From Octopus vulgaris (taxonomy: Eukaryota), in the NCBI GenBank assembly GCA_951406725.2, contig OX597825.1:5580001-5644000 (forward strand): a stretch of 64,000 nucleotides of DNA. The letters are read 5' to 3'. The translations under genes were made by a program, and so were the position numbers. The stretch's first letter is position 1; the number at the start of each line of letters is the position of its first letter. Below the pieces are notes generated by a model. That model saw only the letters and a program-made list of their open reading frames with translations, did not search any database and was not told where the DNA came from. This document shows, piece by piece, positions 28,303 to 42,330 of the stretch.

Positions 28303-29486
28303 ATTATTTTCCAGCGAAACAAAGCGAAACAAATGGTACCTTGTTGTGCCTCTATTTCATGTTTATATATATATGTATATATTTACATAACAATGCATGT
28401 GTATATGTTTACGTGTGTGTTTGTGCGCGCGCGTATGTGCGTGAGTGTACGCATAGCTTGCTCTTACTTGTTCACATTACAGCTTCAAGTTCCCCAATTA
28501 AATGGCTCCTCAGATAAAGTAAAGAGTGTTAGATATTCTCACTCATATATCAAGATAATATATCATTTTAAAAAATCGCTTATAATTCAATAGTTATGTT
28601 TCGAATTTTCAAACACTAGATGTCAGTAGGCGTCGTGTTCTAGAATGATGTGCGGTTTTTGTTGGTGTCTGTTTGTGTATGTGTGCATGTATGTGTGTGT
28701 GTTTGTGTTTAACTATTCTAATGATACTTAACTTGTGGATTAAATAAGATATTTTTTGCAATCGAGTTGATACAAAAAGTTAAACGTACGCCATATGTGT
28801 AGTTGATATGAAAAAGATAGAAGAGTTTTTTAAGGGAAGCCATTCCATCGCTATAGTAATCTCTAAGGCATTAAAAAAAATTAATGTTGTTCTTTATCGA
28901 TATTTTAGGATTTCTCTATTCTTTTCAATACATTTCGATAGTTACATTATGGTATTTAAAATACATTCCGATAGATAACATTGTTCTATCTAAAAGGGTA
29001 TTTCTGCTTATGAGGGCAAAAAAAAAAATATTAGTATTGTATTTTAAAATTAAGATTTTCTTAATGATGGATACCATAAAAATGTAAGTGGTTACTGTTA
29101 TAGGATATTGTTTTTTTGTTTTTCTAAAAGAAGCCAACTGATACTCTATGCCAAATTATTGTTTTTCAAAATCCAGACATGTTCCTCTAGGCTTTAATCT
29201 AATCATTTATCTGGCCTTCGAAATGTTGCTGATTATATCTGATCTTAAATTGATTAGCTGTCATTCCACAGAAATCTCTTCCATTCGGATTAATGTTACA
29301 TGTGACAGTGGCTCTGTAGATAACTGTTATTTCTAGATAATTGCTATTGACTGGACGTGCTTTTCTTTTAAAAGGAAATAGTATTTTGGAGCGTTAACAT
29401 TTTTCTACGCTCTGACAATTTAAATTATTCATTAATATATGATCGGGTATTAGCGAAGTTTGTTAGTGTAAATGATTTTGTATATG

Positions 29487-29778
29487 TAAGACGCATAGCC
29501 TAGTGGTTAGGGTATTGTATTTACGATCACTAGATCGTGGTTTCAATTCCTAGACCGGGTGGCGTGTTGTGTTCTTGGGCGAAACACTTCCACTCACGTT
29601 ACTCTAGGCTCACTTCTACACTTGACTCGTAATACACTGTACACCTGTTCAAACAACATCAATCTGTTGGAGAATGTGAGCTAATGTATAGCACATACAT
29701 TTGATCACTATAAAATCATTTGTGCAGGTCATTCGGCAAAGTCTGAGCTCTTATTCGTCGTCTTCGACGGCAGAGTCT
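29487..29778 (+). mobile_element. tRNA-derived SINE, family D-like
   Basis: tagcctagtggttagggt...gtggtttcaattcc head, then gttgtgttcttgggcgaaacactt. Confidence 0.65.
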
Positions 29779-29979
29779 ATCATATATATATTTTATATTC
29801 AACAATTCATTTATTCAATAAGACAATCAATACTTCATTTCATTTTACTATATATATATTATTTATACTATATATTCTATATTCTACATTAATATTATAA
29901 AGAATATAATTAAAACATAAAAAACAGAGCTGGAATTTCTTTGAATAATTTATATCCCTCTATAGACAATCATACAAAC

Positions 29980-30092
<113 letters not shown>

Positions 30093-31389
30093 TATTTCAT
30101 GCTTTTATATGTTTAAGCTGAAGGGCAGTGTCCAAGCTAGGATACCGCCAATCTATATACATATATATATATAGTAGGGTGTGTTTGTGTGTGTGTGTGT
30201 GTGTGTGTCCTAAAAGTAAGTGAAATATAAAGCAATGAAAATATTACTCAAGACGAGATTCTAGCGTTCAGCCTGATAGATTAACCTTCGTAACCCATTT
30301 TGTGTTTCCACTTGCTCAGTGGTCTCTGCTGATGGTATTTGATGGATTCTTCAAATTCGCTATATAGTAATGTATTGTTGCATAGATGTGGCTGTCTTTT
30401 AAATTTGTGGCTATACTGTTAAATACAAATTTTTGAACAAGACGTGAGCTTAGGGACACATACGTGTTTTATGATTTTTAAGAATAGTAATTTAGCGCAC
30501 AATATCCTTTGGCAACTTTTAGATAAAGCAATATCTTGTACTATGTCCAGTTCAGGTACAATGGCCCATCACCAGAAATAAATAGTTAGGAAATGTGAAT
30601 CTATACAGTACCGGCCATGTTGTTCAATCCAATTCCTTTTATAGTTAATGCGTTTTTGAAAACCTCGCGATTTTATAGCATTGCCCTAATGCACAGAATA
30701 AAAACATCGAGTTAATGTCTATTTATCTACACAAGCAGAAGTATCTTCTTAATCATATCACATAAACTGTAAACTACATTAACCACAAATCCTGAAATAC
30801 CGATAAAAGCTTTTTTTTTTAATATCTAAACGTCTTCAAAATTACAGCTGTGTTATAGCGAACTTCCCTTTAGAATATTTCTCTGGTTTCTTCATAAAAA
30901 CAACATATTAGTGGATACATATAAAATCCATTTATTTTTCTTCGTTTAAGGGCTGGTTTGTGCAAAACAACTAGAAGATATTTCTTTTCTATTAAACAAT
31001 TTACAAGTTAATTATCATTTGACCAGAAAAGAAAAGACATATACTGGTCTATATTCGTGTCTTTGGGAACTGCCTTAATTGATGGCAAACATCTAATACT
31101 TCAGAGCAAAACTATTGCTTTTAGGACAATCTTCTTTCAGTTTCCATCAACCAAATCTACTCACACCGGAGCTAGAATAGAATGTATTTACCCACGGTTC
31201 TATGCAGTGAGACTGAACACGGAGCCAATTGGTCAGGAAGCAAACTTCTTACCACGCAGCCACGCCTATTTTATTTTATTTTATTTATTTTTTTATTTTA
31301 TCTAGTTTCAGCTCACGAGCTGTGGCCATGCTGGGGCACCGCCATTTGGTGTTGCTACATGATTTTCACGAATGCTTTTTAAATTTTTT

Positions 31390-31445
<56 letters not shown>

Positions 31446-31617
31446 TATTAGGGAGTATAACTCCAAACTTACAGGGAAAAATTCAATTTAGTATTAAATC
31501 AAATTTCACAATGTAAATATCTAATATAAATTTCTATTGGTTTATGTCTATCATTGTTTGAATTACATAAGTGGTTTTTCTCTAATTTATATATATGTGT
31601 GTGTGTGTGTGTACATA

Positions 31618-31749
<132 letters not shown>

Positions 31750-31759
31750 TATATATATG

Positions 31760-31915
<156 letters not shown>

Positions 31916-31995
31916 ATATAAGACTTCACCAGGTGGTGCTATTAAGTTAGACATGGCCTGGGCCAATAATGGCCGAAACCTATCAAAGTATCAAA

Positions 31996-32076
<81 letters not shown>

Positions 32077-32293
32077 TGCGTTTTACTTTATGTTCATTTC
32101 TAATAAAAACAATTTTACGTTAATCCAATAGGTTTCTGTATACTTTTGTAGAGTAGAAGTTTACTGTTATTTTTATACAAATATTTTGTTGACAGTGACT
32201 TCGGAGTCTTGAGCAGCAGCTTGGCCATCGTTGGACTTTGTACTCTACAACCGAGCATTGAGTTCTCTTTTGATTTTTGATTGCCATAAATTC

Positions 32294-32340
<47 letters not shown>

Positions 32341-33034
32341 TGTGTCCGTGTGTCTGTGTGTCCGTATGTGAATAGGAAGTTGGACTAATATTTAGGATGA
32401 TTGTTTTTGTTTTTTTTTGGACTCTTAGACATTTTCATAATGTTGACTTAACACAGTATTTCCAGATCTCTTCCGCCTGTGAACACCTTAAAAGAAATAG
32501 AAAACTGTGTTGCTTCTTAGCTTCTCACCGAACCTTCTGACATGTAACCAAAGTACTTTTTGCTTACTAATTTGGATTAACTGGCTCAATCAAATCACAG
32601 ATACACAGGCATTTTGTACGTGGGTGTGAAAGTATGTAACGTGTCAGAATGTTTGTGTATGTTTTAAGGTTGGTCTCCAGGGTTTCGATGTGTGTATATG
32701 TGTATATGCATATGTGCGTTTGTGGATGTGTGTATATGCGCTTTAGTGCTTTTAAGGGTGAAGACGTTTTGCTGTGTTCCTTTTATTTCTGTGGTGCGAG
32801 TTTAGTCGAGCGTCGAGTATCATGTGACTACGTATTTGTATACACAATCTGCCTGCATGTACACGTGAGAGTGTGTGAACGTGTATGTGTGTAAATGTGG
32901 GTGTCGTTTTTGTAATACACATATGCGGCGGCTTGGAACATATATGTCTGTTGTATGTATCCTCAGTTTCGTGTAAGATGTATATATGTATGTATATATA
33001 TATATATATATGGACGTGTATGTATATATATATG

Positions 33035-33090
<56 letters not shown>

Positions 33091-34179
33091 CATACATATA
33101 TGTATGTATATGTATATATATATGTATAAATATGTATATATATATATATATATGTATATATATGTCAATATATATGTATATATATGTATGTATATATGTA
33201 TATATACATGTATGTATATATGTATATATATATGTATATACATATGTATGTAAATAAATATATATATATATATGTGTATGTATGCGTGTATATATATATC
33301 GATATCCAATATACATGTCTATATATACATACGTATAATGTATAGAAATATATATAGAAAGGTAAGTGCCAATATAATATCTGTCTATGTGATGTATGTA
33401 TATGTATGTTTATATATATATACATGAATGCCCGTATGCACATTTGTGTGTGGGTGTGTACGTGTATGTAAGCATGTATATGATTGTATGTATGTATGCA
33501 TATACGCATATGTAAATATATGCAGGAGCCACCAAAGACTATTAAAACACTGATTCATCAAGCAACAGTGAAATGTGTTTACAGCTGAGTTTTATTAGTC
33601 CCGATATTTTTTTAGTACATCTTTGTATATAAATATATAACAGAACAATTGTTAAAATGCCAAATAGCCGCCCACACTGCGTACCTTGTCCTACAAGTAC
33701 GACCTTCCGTATGTGTAACACTTATCCTGTAAAGGAGTGTCATATGACAGGTAAAGTTGGCATTGTACTGTTGCCTCTGTGACTAAGTGGTACCAGGTAT
33801 TATAATTTTACAAAGACAGCTTAATAATTTACCTTATAAATTAGGGTCCGAATGAGTGGTTTCACAAATATTGAACAGTATCTATTATATTGATTAAAAA
33901 TCAATTTTTATCCATAAAAAGCTTAGATGATTCAAAGGGACAAGAAAAGCCTATTGTACTTTAGTTTTACATAAACATATAAGAAATTGATAATTAATTT
34001 TATATTCATAATATATTTGGTTAAATGGAAATTTATTATATTCGTAATTTATTACGTTCATATTTATAATCAATTTGGTTCCAAGTTTCGCTTTGGTTGG
34101 AATGATCAAGAAATATACGTTGCTGTACAATAAGTCTAATCTTACTGATATATTTAATTAATTCAATTTTTTTTTCTTT

Positions 34180-34550
34180 TACTCTCTTTTATTAATATCA
34201 GTCATTTGACTGCGGCCATGCTGGAGCACGGCCTTTAGTCGAACAAATCCGTCCGGGTTGCGGATCCGTGGAACAAGCTGCCAGACGAGATGGTGAAGAT
34301 GCCGACGACCGCTTTGTTCAAAGCCTCCCTTGACCTCAAGTGCCCTGAACTCTTTACATGAACACCACCCTGTACTTAACTCCATGTCCCCCTACATGGC
34401 CTTGCTATTTGCTTTTGAGCCAAATTAACTAACTAACTAACTAAAATCGATTCCAGGATTTATTCTTTGTAAGCCTAATACTTATTCTATCGATCTCTAT
34501 TGCCAAACCTCTAAACCTCTAAGTTACGGGGACGTAAACACACCAACATC
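34180..34550 (-). mobile_element. SINE family A 3' part interrupted by a CR1 insertion
   Basis: SINE tail tcagtcatttgactgcggccatgctggagcac... resumes after 34443 as atcgattccaggatttattctttgtaagcc. Confidence 0.75.
34249..34443 (+). mobile_element. 5'-truncated CR1 LINE 3' end with (TAAC)n tail
   Basis: VRVADPWNKLPDEMVKMPTTALFKASLDLKCPELFT*, then a 3' UTR and aactaactaactaa. aaatc occurs on both sides. Confidence 0.8.
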
Positions 34551-34759
34551 GAAAAAGAAATAAAAGCTTGATAACATTATCTGTGATTAAAATAAGTGGT
34601 GTCTAATGTATATACACACACCGAACACATACATACATACATACATACAAACAAACATACACACACACACATACATACATATACACACATACATACATAC
34701 ATACATACATACATACATACATACATACATACATACATACATACATACATACAAACACA

Positions 34760-34975
34760 CGAGGGTATGCTGAAAAGTTCCTGGCTTTGGATAAAAGGGA
34801 ATACAATAGAATCATTTAATTATGATTTTATCCAAAGTATCCCCCTCTCAGATTCACACACATTACTGCAGCAGCCTTTTTTTCTAAACCCTGTAAAAGA
34901 ACTCGAAAGATTGGACCTCCAGTCAAGCCTTTCGCGATAGCCTTAAAACCAAGAATTTTTAGAACACCCTTCGTA
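34760..34975 (-). mobile_element. Mariner-derived MITE, copy 5
   Basis: cgagggtatgctgaaaagttcctggcttt ... aaaccaagaatttttagaacacccttcg-ta. Confidence 0.85.
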
Positions 34976-35551
34976 CATACGTACACGCATACATACATAC
35001 AAAAGTACCCTGTTGTTGATGTTGAAATTCCAATGAAGGAGCCCTGGATCGTGGTTAGAAACCGGTTCTTTCTCTATTGGCAAGAAATCTTGGAAGAAAA
35101 CTGAATAATAACATATATATATAAACATATATGTGATTGTGAGTGCGTGTGGGTGTGTGAATAGGATATATCCACAGAGCAATATAGGACACCGCCAACA
35201 TCCTCATTATAAATATAAGCTTTTGTAAGCAGCATTCGAAGGAAACTTTAACGCTTATAAAATCGATACTGGAGTCTATTTGATAGGATCTCTGCGGAAA
35301 TGGGATTATGTCTTCGATGAGTACAACATAATCAGTTTATGTCGGATTCGATCTACCACAGCTAATATCATTCACATACTGACTGATAAAAACATTGTCA
35401 GTATTTTAGTAGCTTGAGGAATCATGAACAACTGAAATTAATGCTGAATATGTTCTCGAAAAATTCGTTAATTACGTTATTTGATACAAGCATTTCATTG
35501 GACATAACAGTTCAATGCCGTTTAGTCCCATATATGCATATATATATATAT

Positions 35552-35735
35552 AGTTAGAATTTACAAAACCGCAAAAGACGAAGACAGGTGTGCCAGCAAC
35601 AAACAGATGTATTAGTTTAACGCTCGGGAAATGAGAAAATCTTTTAAGTTTCGAGCTTACGCTCTTCAACAGAAATGAAACACAGAAATAAACACAGAAG
35701 AGAAAATAAAAAAGTTTTAGTAGCTAGCGATCAAT
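35552..35735 (-). mobile_element. Short (TA)n-embedded repeat with a hammerhead-like fold
   Basis: Minus strand 35642-35675 reads ttt-CTGTTGA-a-gagc-gtaa-gctc-GAAA-ct-TA-aaa. Confidence 0.55.
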
Positions 35736-35788
35736 GATATATATATATATATGTATGTATATATGTATATATGTATATATATATATTG

Positions 35789-35828
<40 letters not shown>

Positions 35829-35863
35829 TAATATCTATGTATATGTATATATTTATATATATG

Positions 35864-35910
<47 letters not shown>

Positions 35911-36018
35911 ATGTATAAAATCAAAATAAGGGTGAAAAAATTGGATATTAATTTAATAACATCAATTTAACACCAAGTGGTTTAGCGCATAAAAAACTGA
36001 GATTCAGTAAATATTAAT

Positions 36019-36169
36019 ACACAAATATTAGAGAGAATCCACTATGAGGACACTCTTATGCTAAAAATAGATCCGCAATGGTCTCAACCACTAAGAATTG
36101 TTGAGACCATTGCGGATCTATTTTTAGCGTAAGAGCGTCCACATAGTTGATTCTCTCTAATATTTGTGT
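36019..36169. repeat. Inverted repeat with 70-bp arms and an 11-nt loop
   Basis: 36019-36088 is the reverse complement of 36100-36169 with about four mismatches. Confidence 0.9.
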
Positions 36170-36242
36170 GTGTATATATATATATATACATATATATATA
36201 CACGCACTTATATTTATGCATATATATAGACACTTGTATACT

Positions 36243-36655
36243 GTTGAATACTGTTGTCCGCTGTGGTCTCCCCACACGAAGCAAAGTATCATGAAAATTG
36301 AAGCACCTCAAAGATCAATTACAAAAAAGATACATGGCATGATAGGTCTTGACTATTGGGGTCGACAAGAAAAACTCAAATGTTATTCCCTCCAACGCCG
36401 CCGTGAATGCTACATCATCGATATGATGTGAAAAATATTCAATCAGCATTGCCCAAATGATGTTGACATCGCCTTTAAGACACCCCTAAGACTTGGACCC
36501 CGTGCTATCCACCCACAGCATAGATCATACTCGCATCACACGACAACAATACGGCACAATTATTCCACCTCTCTTTAACATTACACCAAAAGACATTAAA
36601 GCAAGATCAGACCCCATTAACTTCAAGAAGTATTTAGACAAATTCCTTAAAGCAC
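36243..36655 (+). mobile_element. CR1-type LINE ORF2 C-terminal fragment
   Basis: EYCCPLWSPH...IEAPQRSITKKI.GM.GLDYWGRQEKLKCYSLQRRRE...PPLFNITPKDIK...FKKYLDKFL. Confidence 0.88.
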
Positions 36656-36679
36656 TTTACCCGCATTTTCCATAATAAT

Positions 36680-36742
<63 letters not shown>

Positions 36743-37130
36743 CAGCAGCAGCAGCAGCCGCAACAGACAGTGGACAGTATAAAGTAGTTGGCAGATAGAA
36801 TATTTGGTCATCTTGGCGGTTTTCTATATTTTTCTTGGCTTTTTAAAATTTTTTGTTTTATTTTTTTTTAAATTAGCATTGACACGGTATTGTGGTTACT
36901 GACTGACTGAACCAAACATCAAGAAAATCTCGAAGCAGTACGCTAATGAAATATTGAATATCCAGGCGAGCCACTGCTGCGGCATTCTACAATCGTCTCC
37001 ACAAGAAAGAGAAATCAAATCAATACTGATCAAATATGTCGGCCAGCCAGGATATTGGTTCAATTTCTTATTGAACTCTTTTTACATTTGGTTTTTTTTT
37101 TTCCGTCCTAGTCTCAACATAATTCTCGTG

Positions 37131-37224
<94 letters not shown>

Positions 37225-37269
37225 GAACCCAGAAATTGAAAACAGAGAGTTGCTTATTTGCAAAAAAAA

Positions 37270-37595
37270 AAAAAAAAGAAATATAAAATGTGACTTCATT
37301 GACCGAGGTTACCGTGGTCTTTTCCGTAGGCTTTTCTTTCCACGGGTAAACCTCACCTGTCCTCCCCTTACACTTCATATTGACATTTCTGTGATAACGA
37401 TCCCTATTGATCAATTTTTTTTCCTCTCCCCCTTTTTTTAACCCCATTTTTTTTGTCCTCCTTCTCTCCTTTTACGATCCCTTTTGATCGAAACTCCCCC
37501 TTACTTTTTTTTTTTTTTTTTAAACCTTCAAAAGAAAAGCTCTACCTTGTAATTTGTTCTATCTGTGTGCAGCCCTGTGTGGCTAATAAAGAAAC
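37270..37595 (+). mobile_element. Probable LINE (Tx1/L1-like) 3' UTR
   Basis: U-rich tract ending in gccctgtgtggctAATAAAgaaa between microsatellites. No coding part is visible. Confidence 0.35.
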
Positions 37596-37796
37596 ATATC
37601 TATCTATCTATCTACTTATATATATATACATTTCTGTGTACACAGTAAACACATTATAATAATGCAAAATCAGAGCGTTAATAGATGGAATCCAGAAGTC
37701 TGAATGCAAATATATACTCTGAAGAGAAGAGAAATCACTCTAGAAAGGTTGCAACCTTTTGAAAATTGATGTTTCAATTGTTTCTTTTCAGCCATG

Positions 37797-38146
37797 TTAT
37801 TACTTCCGCCTTAACGAAGGCGGAGATATTGTTTTCAGTCGTGTTTGTTTGTTTGTTTGTCTTTGAACAAGATATCTCAAGAACTGCTGGATGGATTCGA
37901 ATGAAACTTTCGGGGATGCATGGCCTCGTGACTGGCACAAACTGATTACACTTTGGGATCTATCGATTCTGGACAAGGATTCTGGATTATTTTTGAGAGT
38001 AGTCGGGTTCATTTTTAGCATTCTCGTTTGTGAACGTAGTCGAGTTTATTTCAGATATTCTCATTTTAAAAATCCTCTCTGGCCAATCGTTGAGGGGACG
38101 TTGGTGCTGCCTTGGTGAAGGTTTGCAGTTTCTAAGTGCTCTTGTT
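37797..38146 (+). mobile_element. Helentron-associated non-autonomous element (HINE/DINE-1/pearl-like)
   Basis: 5' ttattacttccgcc...ggcgga hairpin, (GTTT)n, gatggatt...atgaaacttt core, a 3' subterminal inverted copy ggtgaagg and a short terminal hairpin. Confidence 0.7.
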
Positions 38147-38568
38147 TATTACTTTTTTCTTTCGACAAAATAGTTCCCAGACATAAACAAACGTCTGAAC
38201 ATGTACTGTACAACCATTTATGTATATATATGTATATATATGTGTGTGGAGAGCGTGTCTGTGTTTAGTTCATAATGTATCGTATCTATTCTACCGCCCT
38301 GTTCAAGGCATAAAGAAATAAGCTGGCCCCACCCCTCAAAGCGCACGTGCACACACACATGCACACAAACACACACACACGCGCGCGCCCGCGCGCATAA
38401 ACTACATGTGTACCATTTCACCCTTAACAGAAAATAATGAAACAAAATGTCAAACAAACCATGGCTACAAAAAATATCCCAAAGTTAAAATGTTAATTAA
38501 CAAATAAGAATAATTGGAATTTTTTTCGTGTACACACACAAACATAATCACGCCCACATACTGATACA

Positions 38569-38599
<31 letters not shown>

Positions 38600-38600
<1 letters not shown>

Positions 38601-38822
38601 CTCTTTTACTTGTTTCAGTCATTTTGACTGCGGCCATGCTGGAGCACCACCTTTAGTCGAGCAAATCGACCCCGGGACTTATTCTTTGTAAGCCCAGTAC
38701 TTATTCTATCGGTCTCTTTTGCTGAACCGTTAAGTGACGGGGACGTAAACACACCAGCATCGGTTGTCAAGCAATGCTAGGGGAACAAACACAGACACAC
38801 AAACACACACACACACACACAC

Positions 38823-38881
<59 letters not shown>

Positions 38882-39047
38882 TACGACAGGCTTCTTTCAG
38901 TTTCCGTCTACCAAATCCACTCACAAGGCATTGGTCGGCCCGGGGCTATAGCAGAAGACACTTGCTCAAGATGCCACGCAGTGGGACTGAACCCGGAGCC
39001 ATGTGGTTGGTTAGCAAGCTATTTACCACACAGCCACTCCTGCGCCT
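38600..39047 (-). mobile_element. Full-length SINE family A
   Basis: Head ggcgcaggagtggctgtgtggtaa, central (TA)/(TG) and tail ...gctccagcatggccgcagtc...gactgaaacaagtaaaagag. Confidence 0.9.
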
Positions 39048-39174
39048 ATATATACGTATATACATATATATACATGTATAAATACATATATAAATACATA
39101 TATACATATATATATGATATAAATAATATATATACGCATATATACATACGTATTTGTACATACTTGTCTATGTA

Positions 39175-39226
<52 letters not shown>

Positions 39227-39626
39227 TATGTGGCCACAAGGACGTCACGAAAGTGTACAACAAAACATACGATGTACGAGTACATGGATTATGAACTATT
39301 TTTTCGAAGAACGAAAGACACAAATGGAACACAAGACAAACAACATAAAGAACGGCCCTTCATCAGTTGTTGGCTGTTTGTCTACTCTCGTATTTCGAGC
39401 ATTTAACATATGGATTATATTTAATTCACTTATCCTAGAATTTTCGGTTCGTAAATATTATAGATAGTATTTTTAATACAAAATAAATGTCTGAATAGCT
39501 AAGAGCTGATTTCTTCAGTCAGCTGGTACTTATGCAGGAAATCTAGTATTCACTCAATATTGTTGAGTATGCATGTTACTCGGACCTAACAAGGTGTCTC
39601 AGTTTACCTACCTAATTCAACTGAAA

Positions 39627-39729
<103 letters not shown>

Positions 39730-41204
39730 TATGTATCTATCTATCTGTATATGTGTGCATGATTGTATGCATATTTATATAAATATGCTTACCTGTTATA
39801 TGTACAATACATATATGTGTATAGACATAAACATATATATATATATGCATATATGTGTGTGTACGTATGTATGGATGTATATACATTCGCATATAATGTA
39901 ATGTAAATCGTATCCAGTCTTCCATAGCGTGATTCTCTTATAAACACACAGACACACATTTGCCATTATAATTCTTTTTTTTTTTTTTTTCATGTTCACA
40001 CTTTACAAGTGCACTAGTAAATAATATATGGATCTGCCCTCTTTCTTTCTCTTTTCCCTCCATGAATTTGGGTGGAAACGGAAGGAAGACGTCGTTCTAC
40101 AAAGTGTTTCTAATATTCTAACAGAATCCTCTTTCGCAGCTGAAATGTGTTTCATGTGGATGTACCATGTTCTGGAACGCATCAGTCTCTATACAATTTA
40201 GTGCAGCTTTTTTAATACATTTTTAATGCCGTTTTGGTGTTGTTTTTTGTTGGGTTGTTTTTGCTAAGTCTGTTTTTGTTTTGTTCTTTTTGTTATTTTG
40301 GGTGTTTTTTTTTACTTCATCAACAATTCAATATTATGAATACATTTTACTACAAATGTTTGAAACAAATTCTGTTGCTCTCCTCTCTCTCTCTCTTTCC
40401 TTCATTCCATCTCTCCTTCATCTTTTTTTCTTATATATATTTTTTTCTTCATTGCGTTTTCATATATTCCAATATATCTCATCTTTTTCATCTCTTCAAG
40501 TTGCCTTTTCTCTTATCTCAGTTCATCTCACCCATTCCTTTTCCTTAAATATTTTTTGCTCCTCCTCCTCCTCCTCATCATCATCATCATCATCGTCGTC
40601 GTCGTCGTCGTTTTCATCAGCAGCAGCAGCAGCAAACACCCACCATCATCAACAACACCATCATCATCATCGTCATCATCATCATTTTCATCACCATCAT
40701 CATCCCCATCATCATCATCATCCTCATCACCATCATCATCACCATCATCATCATCACCATTATCATTATCATTATCATTATCATCATCATCATCATCATC
40801 ATCATCTTTTATTGCCATCATATATCTTTCTTTGATATTTTAGCTTTTTCTTCCCCCATCCCAACCACAACTCCAACCCTTATTATTATATCAATATATT
40901 TTTTATTTCTCATCTTTTATGTAATTATTGTTTATTGATCTTTACTTTATTTATCTGTTAACATTGAATGAGTTTTTCATCTTTTTCCCCTTTCATTTCT
41001 CATACCTGACCCTTACATCTACCTTATTTTCTCTTTAATCTTTATTTCTCTACTTTAAAGTCACTTACTAATCATTCTTATAACTTCTGTCATTTTAATA
41101 TTTTTGTATTTTGTTTCGCTGTTTTCATTTTCTTCACTTTTTTTGAAAAAATTATTCAAAGGATAAATTATATTTATTCCTCAATATATTTCATTGCTTA
41201 ACAC

Positions 41205-42330
41205 ACGCTTTAACGTCTGTATTACACATCTTAATCCATCCTTTAACAGTTATATTTTATCCCCTGTTATACAATTTAACTCGTATTTAATTCCTTTATA
41301 CACACTGTAGCTCTTACATTTAATGCCTTATGGCACCATCTAAATGCTAATTTTAATCCCTTTATACACACTATAAATATAATATTTGATCCCGCTGATA
41401 CACTCTATAACTGTTCGGCTTAATCGTTTCATAACCGCTTAAACTCTCTCTTTGATTCCTTGATAAGCTCTCTGGCTGTTATATTTGATCCCTCTCTGCA
41501 TGCTTTAACTTATATCTTTGTTTCTTTGACACTTTCTTTTACTTGTGTATTTGATCCCTTGATAAACACGTTAACGGTTGTGCTTGATTCTTTGATCCAT
41601 CCTTAAGCTATTTTAACTGATCCCGTGTTACACCCTTTAACTGTTATAGCTGAGCCTTGGATATATCAACTGTTAAATTTGATCTCTTGATAAGCTCCTT
41701 TCATTGTTATAGTTGAGATTACGATACATCATTTCACTGTATTTGAGTTTCGATACACCCCCTAACTGTCATATTTAATCTGTCATATTTCATTGTTATA
41801 GTTGAGATTATGATATATCATTTCACTGTTGTATTTGAGTTCCGATGCACACTTTATCTGTTATATTTGAGTCCTTGTTTGCCCTCTATAGTTACATCCA
41901 TTAACTATTGTAGCTGCTCTTTTGATTCAGCATTTTACTCTTACATCTTTCCTTCTTCCTCCTTTTAATTGTGATAGTTTCATCCTTTATGATCCAAACT
42001 TTAACTGTTGCATTGATCCAATATGTTACATTTGATCCTTCAGTACATCCCTTAGCTGTTTATCTGATCCTGTAATGCACCCTGCCTTTCACCCCTTGAT
42101 CCACACTTCCCTGTTGTATTTGATCCGTTCCTGTCTTCTTTCGAGCCTATATTTCCTTCGTTGGTACATACCTTAACTGTAACATTGTATCTTTTCGTAC
42201 CTACATTTTCTGTTATGACTTCATTCCTTGATACACTCTAAACTGTAAAATTCCATTTCCAGATACACCCTTTAATTGTTATATATAACCTCTTGATTCA
42301 CCCTTCATTTATTATATTTAATCTTATTAC
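41205..42330. repeat. Highly diverged ~33-bp tandem array
   Basis: Consensus about tttaactgttatatttgatcccttgatacaccc. The ttgatcc-like word recurs near 41385, 41420, 41451, 41484, 41517, 41550, 41583, 41617 and 41650. Confidence 0.8.

Noticed and set aside
30116-30152. Hammerhead remnant CTGAAG-ggcagtgtcc(aagcta)ggataccgcc
   Set aside because: It has a good stem II-like hairpin in a (TA)n context but lacks A9, GAAA and stem III.
31925-31990. Half-hammerhead ggcca-ataa-tggcc-GAAAC, sharing caggtggtgctattaagttagac with 4170-4216 (-)
   Set aside because: There is no CUGANGA upstream, so it cannot be called a ribozyme.
40556-40843. Poly-His/poly-Asp/poly-Ser ORFs (also 51984-52610)
   Set aside because: These are (CAT)n/(GAT)n trinucleotide microsatellites with no flanking coding signal.
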